From Novosphingobium sp. (GTDB lineage Bacteria > Pseudomonadota > Alphaproteobacteria > Sphingomonadales > Sphingomonadaceae): a stretch of 63,479 nucleotides of DNA. The notes below the pieces were generated by a model. That model worked only from the letters and a program-made list of their open reading frames with translations. It was not told the origin of the DNA and searched no databases. The translations under genes were made by a program, and so were the position numbers. Shown here in pieces: positions 58,477-63,479 of the stretch. Numbering within the stretch: the first letter of the stretch is position 1; each line of letters begins with the position of its first letter. The stretch spans positions 1 through 63,479 of the forward strand of contig JANOBA010000022.1 in NCBI GenBank assembly GCA_031411415.1. Direction: 5' to 3'.

Positions 58477-59685
58477 TCACCAGTTCCACATGGTTCCGTC
58501 TTCCAGCCGGGCGACCGGCAGGAAGGCGCGGTTGTAAGGATATTTCGCCGCCAGTTTCTCGTCGATGTCGACGCCGTGGCCCGGGCTCTCGCCGCAAAAC
58601 AGTTCGCCCTTTGCGAAGTGGTAGTCGTGGGGGAATACCGCGTCGGTTTCCTCGGTGTGGCGCATGTATTCCTGGATGCCGAAATTGGGTACCCAGGTGT
58701 CGAAATGCAGCGCGCAGCCCATAGTGACGGGCGAGAGATCAGTCGCGCCGTGGCTGCCGGTGCGGATCTGATAGAGCGCGGCGAGATCGGCGATCCGGCG
58801 CAAATGGCTGATCCCGCCTGCGCCCAGCACGGTGCAGCGGATATAATCAATCAGCTGATTCTGGATCAGGTCTTTCGCGTCCCACACGGTGTTGAATATC
58901 TCGCCAACGGCAAGAGGTGTGGTGGTGTGCTGGCGGACCAGCCTGAAAGCCTCCTGATTTTCCGCCGGGGTGCAGTCTTCCAGCCAGAACAGCGCGTAAG
59001 GTTCGAGCGCCTTGCCCAGCTGCGCGGCTTCGTTTGGCGTATAGCGATGGTGGCCGTCGTGCAGCAGGTGGTGATCGAAGCCATAGGTTTCGCGCAGTTT
59101 CTCGAACAGCATTGGCACATGGCGCAGCGCTTTGGCGGTGTCCCAGCCAGTGACGCTGGGCAACGCCGCATCGGCGGGCTCATAGTGCAGCTTGCCGCGC
59201 CCGACCCCGTAAGCATCCTTAACCCCGGGCACGCCGCTTTGCGCGCGGATTGCCTTGTAGCCCATGTCGATATAGTGGCCCACGGCATCAACCGTCTCGG
59301 CGATGTCTGCGCCGTTGGCATGGCCATAGACCATCATGCCATCGCGCGAACGACCGCCGAGCAGCTGGTAAAGCGGCATGCCGGCCATCTTGGCCTTGAT
59401 GTCCCACAGCGCCATATCAACCGCCGCGATCGCCCGCATGGTCACTGGGCCGCGCCGCCAGTAGGCACCGCGATAGAGATACTGCCAGATGTCTTCGATC
59501 CGGCGCGGGTCCATGCCAATCAGGCAGGGGATCACATGCTCTTCGAGATAGGCGACGACTGAAAGCTCGCGCCCGTTCAATGTCGCATCGCCAATGCCAT
59601 AGAGGCCCTGATCGGTTTCGATTTTCAGCGTGACGAAATTGCGCCCCGGGCTAGTGACGATGACGCGGGCTGCGGTGATCTTCAT
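58477..59685 (-). CDS. manD: D-mannonate dehydratase (enolase superfamily, ManD/RspA)
   Basis: [60 protein letters not shown]. Confidence 0.95.
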   Translation of the reverse strand: MKITAARVIVTSPGRNFVTLKIETDQGLYGIGDATLNGRELSVVAYLEEHVIPCLIGMDPRRIEDIWQYLYRGAYWRRGPVTMRAIAAVDMALWDIKAKMAGMPLYQLLGGRSRDGMMVYGHANGADIAETVDAVGHYIDMGYKAIRAQSGVPGVKDAYGVGRGKLHYEPADAALPSVTGWDTAKALRHVPMLFEKLRETYGFDHHLLHDGHHRYTPNEAAQLGKALEPYALFWLEDCTPAENQEAFRLVRQHTTTPLAVGEIFNTVWDAKDLIQNQLIDYIRCTVLGAGGISHLRRIADLAALYQIRTGSHGATDLSPVTMGCALHFDTWVPNFGIQEYMRHTEETDAVFPHDYHFAKGELFCGESPGHGVDIDEKLAAKYPYNRAFLPVARLEDGTMWNW

Positions 59686-59758
59686 GGTCGATTCTGGGTC
59701 CCGGCTGGACTAAGGGAGCACACTTGACGGCGCTGGCGACGACTGCCACTCCATTCTT

Positions 59759-59773
59759 ATTGGTCAGACCAGT
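59759..59773. promoter_or_regulatory. FadR-type operator palindrome
   Basis: ATTGGTCAGACCAGT (TGGT-N3-ACCA) lies between the divergent manD and gntR genes. Confidence 0.7.
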
Positions 59774-59789
59774 GGAAAGCAAGGCACAT

Positions 59790-60479
59790 ATGGCGGAGGC
59801 AAGCAGGAATGACCGGCTCTATCAGGAACTGGCCCGCCAGCTGATCGCTGAACTGATGCGCGGGGCATGGCCGGTGGGCAGCCGCTTGCCGGCTGAGCGC
59901 GAGATGGCGGCGCAATATGGCGTCAGCCGGCCGACCGTGCGCGAAGCGATCATCGCGCTGGAAGTGCAGGGGCTGGTCGAGGTGCGGATCGGTTCGGGGG
60001 CCTATGTGCTGCGCATTCCGGGCGTGGGCGATGAGCCGGGTTTCAACATTTCCGCATTCGAGTTGACCGAGGCGCGGCTGCTGTTCGAAGGCGAGGCCGC
60101 CGCGCTTGCCGCCGCCCATGTGACCGACGATGATCTGGCCGAAATCGGCGCGCTGGTCGATGCAATCGCGGCAGAAAACCTCGATCCGGCGGGCAGCGAT
60201 CAGGCTGACCGCGCCTTCCATCTCGCCATTGCGCGGGCGACCCGCAACGCGGCGGTCGTCGCGACTATCGAGAACCTGTGGGAATTGCGCTACACTTCGC
60301 CAGAGGCTTCCTTGCTGCACGCCAAGGCTCGCACGGCGAACATCAAGCCGGTGGTCGATGAACACAGCGCAGTGCTGGCGGGGCTGAAAGCACGTGATCC
60401 CGGCGCCGCGCGGGCGGCGATGCGCGCGCACCTTGCCGCTGTGCTCGACAGCCTGCTTTTCGCGACTGAAGCATCATGA
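59790..60479 (+). CDS. GntR/FadR family regulator of the hexuronate genes
   Basis: RLPAEREMAAQYGVSRPTVREA, FCD with DRAFH...N...EH...HL. Confidence 0.92.
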   Translation: MAEASRNDRLYQELARQLIAELMRGAWPVGSRLPAEREMAAQYGVSRPTVREAIIALEVQGLVEVRIGSGAYVLRIPGVGDEPGFNISAFELTEARLLFEGEAAALAAAHVTDDDLAEIGALVDAIAAENLDPAGSDQADRAFHLAIARATRNAAVVATIENLWELRYTSPEASLLHAKARTANIKPVVDEHSAVLAGLKARDPGAARAAMRAHLAAVLDSLLFATEAS

Positions 60480-61891
60480 CGCGTCCGCTGGTCCTCCATC
60501 CCGACCGGCTTTTGCCTGCCGATCCGGCAGTGCGCAGCATCGCGCGCGCGCTGTATGCCAGCGTGGCGGGGCTGCCGATCATCAGCCCGCATGGCCACAC
60601 AGACCCGGCCTGGTTTGCGGGCAACCAGCCCTTCGCCAATGCCGCCGAATTGCTGCTGACCCCGGATCATTATGTCTTCCGTATGCTCTATTCGCAAGGC
60701 GTACCGCTCGATGCGCTGGGGATCGGCAATTCAGATGCCGATCCTCGCGCGGCATGGCGGCTGCTGGCAGAACGCTGGCATCTGTTTCGCGGCACGCCAT
60801 CGCGGCTCTGGCTCGACTGGGTGTTTGCCGAGGCATTTGGCCTTGAGGTGCAACTGGAGGCGGCGAGCTCCGACCACTATTTCGACACGATCACTGCTGC
60901 GCTCGCGACCGAGGCCTTCCGTCCGCGCGCGCTGTTTGACCGCTTCAACATTGAAGTTATCGCCACAACCGAAAGCCCGCTTGACAGCCTTGAGCACCAT
61001 GCCGCCATCCGCGCCGAAAATGCCCGACCCGGCGGCTGGCAGGGCAGCGTGGTGACCGCCTATCGGCCCGATCCGGTGGTCGATCCGGAGTTTGAAGGCT
61101 TTCGCGGAAATCTGGGCCGGCTATCAGACCTCACCGGTGAAGACTGTCTTTCGTGGCCGGGTTATCTCGCCGCGCACCGTCAGCGCCGCGCCTTTTTCGC
61201 CAGCATGGGCGCGACCTCGACTGATCACGGCCATCCCAGCGCACTAACCGCCGACCTTGCCCCTGCCGAGGCCGAAGCGCTGTTTCGCAAAGTCAGTGCC
61301 GGGCAGTTCACGGCGGCCGACGCCGAGCTGTTCCGCGCGCAAATGCTAACCGAAATGGCGGCGATGAGCCTTGATGATGGGCTGGTGATGCAGATCCATA
61401 CGGGCAGTTTCCGCAACCACAACGCCCGGGTGTTCGCCAGCCTCGGCCGAGACAAGGGCGCGGACATCCCGCAGCGGACCGAATATGTCCACGCGCTGAA
61501 ACCGCTGCTCGATCGCTTCGGCAACGAGCCGGGCCTCTCGATCATCCTCTTCACGCTCGATGAGAGCAGTTATACGCGCGAACTGGCACCGCTGGCCGGG
61601 CATTATCCCTGCCTCAAGCTTGGCCCGGCATGGTGGTTCCATGATAGCCCCGAGGGTATGCGCCGCTTCCGCCGGGCGACCACCGAAACAGCGGGTTTTT
61701 ACAACACCGTCGGCTTCAACGACGATACCCGCGCTTTTCTGTCGATCCCGGCGCGGCATGATCTGGCGCGGCGGATCGATTGCGGTTTCCTCGCCGAATT
61801 GGTCGCGGAACACCGGATCGAGGAATGGGAAGCCGCTGACCTCGCGCAGGACCTCGCCTACGGCCTCGCCAAGGCGGCCTACCGACTGTGA
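60476..61891 (+). CDS. uxaC: Glucuronate (uronate) isomerase
   Basis: PIISPHGH, PDHY, TDHGH, MQIH, GPAWWFHD, FNDDTRAF..IPARHD. Confidence 0.95.
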   Translation: MTRPLVLHPDRLLPADPAVRSIARALYASVAGLPIISPHGHTDPAWFAGNQPFANAAELLLTPDHYVFRMLYSQGVPLDALGIGNSDADPRAAWRLLAERWHLFRGTPSRLWLDWVFAEAFGLEVQLEAASSDHYFDTITAALATEAFRPRALFDRFNIEVIATTESPLDSLEHHAAIRAENARPGGWQGSVVTAYRPDPVVDPEFEGFRGNLGRLSDLTGEDCLSWPGYLAAHRQRRAFFASMGATSTDHGHPSALTADLAPAEAEALFRKVSAGQFTAADAELFRAQMLTEMAAMSLDDGLVMQIHTGSFRNHNARVFASLGRDKGADIPQRTEYVHALKPLLDRFGNEPGLSIILFTLDESSYTRELAPLAGHYPCLKLGPAWWFHDSPEGMRRFRRATTETAGFYNTVGFNDDTRAFLSIPARHDLARRIDCGFLAELVAEHRIEEWEAADLAQDLAYGLAKAAYRL

Positions 61892-63276
61892 ACGACCACG
61901 TACGCCTGTCGCCTTTTGCGCTCGGGATGTTTCCGCCAGCAGAGGCGGAGCGCTTTGGTTATGACCGCGACGCGCAAAACCTCGGCATTGTCCACTTCGG
62001 CATCGGCGCATTCCACCGCGCGCATCAGGCCTGGTACACCGATCTCGCTATGTCAGCGGGGGACCGCGACTGGATGATCGCCGGGGTTTCGCTGCGTTCG
62101 GGCGCCGTGGCGCATACGATGAACCCGCAGGAAGGGCTCTACACCGTCACCGAGCGATCAGCGGCGGGAGCCGATACGCGGATCGTTGGCGCGGTGCGAG
62201 AAGTGCTGGTCGCCAGCCACGAAGCAGAAGCCGTGGTCGCCGCGCTCGCCGCGCCATCGGTTCATATTGCCAGCCTGACGATCACCGAGAAAGGCTATTG
62301 CCGCGCCGCCGATGGCTCGCTCGATCCGGCGCTGGCGGGTGAGGATAGCGTGTTCGCTTATCTTGCCGCTGGCCTGCGCCGCCGCCATGACGCCGGCCTG
62401 CCGGGGCTGACGCTGCTCAGCTGCGACAATCTGGCTGATAACGGCGCGCAGCTTTCCCGGTTGATGGGCGAATATCTGGAGGTGAGCGATCCGGGCCTGC
62501 TCGATTGGTTCCTCCGCGAATGCACCTGTCCCGCCACCATGGTCGACCGCATCGTGCCGGCAACCACGCCGCAGGACATCGCCGAGGTTGCCGACAGGCT
62601 CGACGGCCTTTGCGATGAAGCCGCAGTCGTCACTGAACCGTTCAGCCAGTGGGTGATCGAGGACTACTTTGCCGGGCCCCGCCCGCGATGGGATGCGGTG
62701 GGCGCGCAGCTGGTCAGCGATGTGAGGCCCTATGAGACGGCGAAGCTGCGCATGCTCAACGGCGCGCATTCGGCGTTGGCCTATCTCGGGCTCGGCGCGG
62801 GGCATCAGTTTGTCCATCAAGCGGTTGCCGATCCGGCGATCCGTCCGCTGATCGAACAGCTGATGCGCCAGGAGGCCGCGCCAACGCTTGCAGTGCCGCC
62901 GGGGCAGGATCTTGATGGCTATGCTGACGCCCTGCTGGCCCGCTTCGCCAATCCGGCCCTGCAACACCGGCTGATCCAGATCGCCATGGATGGCAGCCAG
63001 AAAGTCCCGCAGCGCTGGCTGGAGACGCTCGCCGCCCGGCAGGCATCGGCCTTGCAAAGCCCGGCGATCCTGACCGCGCTCGGCGGCTGGCTGCGCCATT
63101 TGCGCGGCGATACCGGGGCGGTGATTGATGATCCGCTAGCGGTGCAGTTGCAGGCCTGCTGGGCGAGTGCGGGCAAGGCGGGCGTGGTCGAAGCAATGTT
63201 CGCGCCGGGCGGGCTGATGGCTTCGCAATGGCGGCCCGACGCGGCAGACCGGAATTTCGTGACCGCGCTGCTCTAG
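61888..63276 (+). CDS. uxuB: Mannitol dehydrogenase family, D-mannonate oxidoreductase
   Basis: IVHFGIGAFHRAH, TITEKGY, LSCDN, MVDRIVP, KLRMLNGAH, QIAMDGSQK. Follows uxaC. Confidence 0.85.
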   Translation: MNDHVRLSPFALGMFPPAEAERFGYDRDAQNLGIVHFGIGAFHRAHQAWYTDLAMSAGDRDWMIAGVSLRSGAVAHTMNPQEGLYTVTERSAAGADTRIVGAVREVLVASHEAEAVVAALAAPSVHIASLTITEKGYCRAADGSLDPALAGEDSVFAYLAAGLRRRHDAGLPGLTLLSCDNLADNGAQLSRLMGEYLEVSDPGLLDWFLRECTCPATMVDRIVPATTPQDIAEVADRLDGLCDEAAVVTEPFSQWVIEDYFAGPRPRWDAVGAQLVSDVRPYETAKLRMLNGAHSALAYLGLGAGHQFVHQAVADPAIRPLIEQLMRQEAAPTLAVPPGQDLDGYADALLARFANPALQHRLIQIAMDGSQKVPQRWLETLAARQASALQSPAILTALGGWLRHLRGDTGAVIDDPLAVQLQACWASAGKAGVVEAMFAPGGLMASQWRPDAADRNFVTALL

Positions 63277-63479
63277 GCGCGGGCGATCATTAACCGCACT
63301 CCGGCACTTTCGATCATCGCCGCTATGTCCGCTGCAATGCCATCATCGGTGATCAGCACGTCGATCTCGTCCAGCGGGCAGACGATGGCGCCAGACGAGG
63401 AGGCGAACTTCGAGCTGTCGACCAGCAGCACGATCTCGTCCGCCCGGTCGATCAAGCGGCGCTCGGCGGCCACCAGAAT
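63273..63479 (-). CDS. DeoR/GlpR family regulator, C-terminal part
   Basis: LLVDSSKF...LDEIDVLITD DeoR C-terminal motif. Open to the window edge. Confidence 0.85.
   Translation of the reverse strand: MLVAAERRLIDRADEIVLLVDSSKFASSSGAIVCPLDEIDVLITDDGIAADIAAMIESAGVRLMIARA

Overview
A GC-rich alphaproteobacterial window. The ManD protein closely matches my recollection of the Novosphingobium enzyme, so a sphingomonad host is inferred. Bases 1 to ~56,900 form a dense, apparently co-regulated CoA-dependent catabolic island of about 51 genes whose substrate I cannot identify. It encodes 7 acyl-CoA ligases, 8 acyl-CoA dehydrogenase (ACAD) genes (two fused double-ACADs, two putative heteromeric pairs, one Mcd-like, one conventional), 6 crotonases, 3 amidohydrolases, 2 CaiB CoA-transferases and 2 thiolase-fold proteins. 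One of the thiolase-fold proteins lacks the nucleophilic Cys and sits with DUF35 and MaoC partners. The island also has 3 NTF2/SnoaL proteins, 2 VOC proteins, an LLM oxidoreductase, an APH-like kinase, an epoxide-hydrolase-like enzyme, GMC/ADH/ALDH/SDR oxidoreductases, an MFS transporter, the start of a TonB-dependent receptor, and GntR and GbsR/MarR regulators. No Rieske, P450 or recognisable steroid-ring genes are present. A degenerate palindrome (ATCAnnTA[AC]CTGAT) recurs in many of the island's promoter regions. From ~56,960 to the end is a hexuronate locus: GH79 lipoprotein, manD, GntR with a clear operator, uxaC, uxuB and a partial DeoR. A ~165 bp nested palindromic REP-like element lies at 9114-9277. 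I saw no tRNA, rRNA, CRISPR, transposase or integrase. All family calls come from motif recognition by eye, not database searches.
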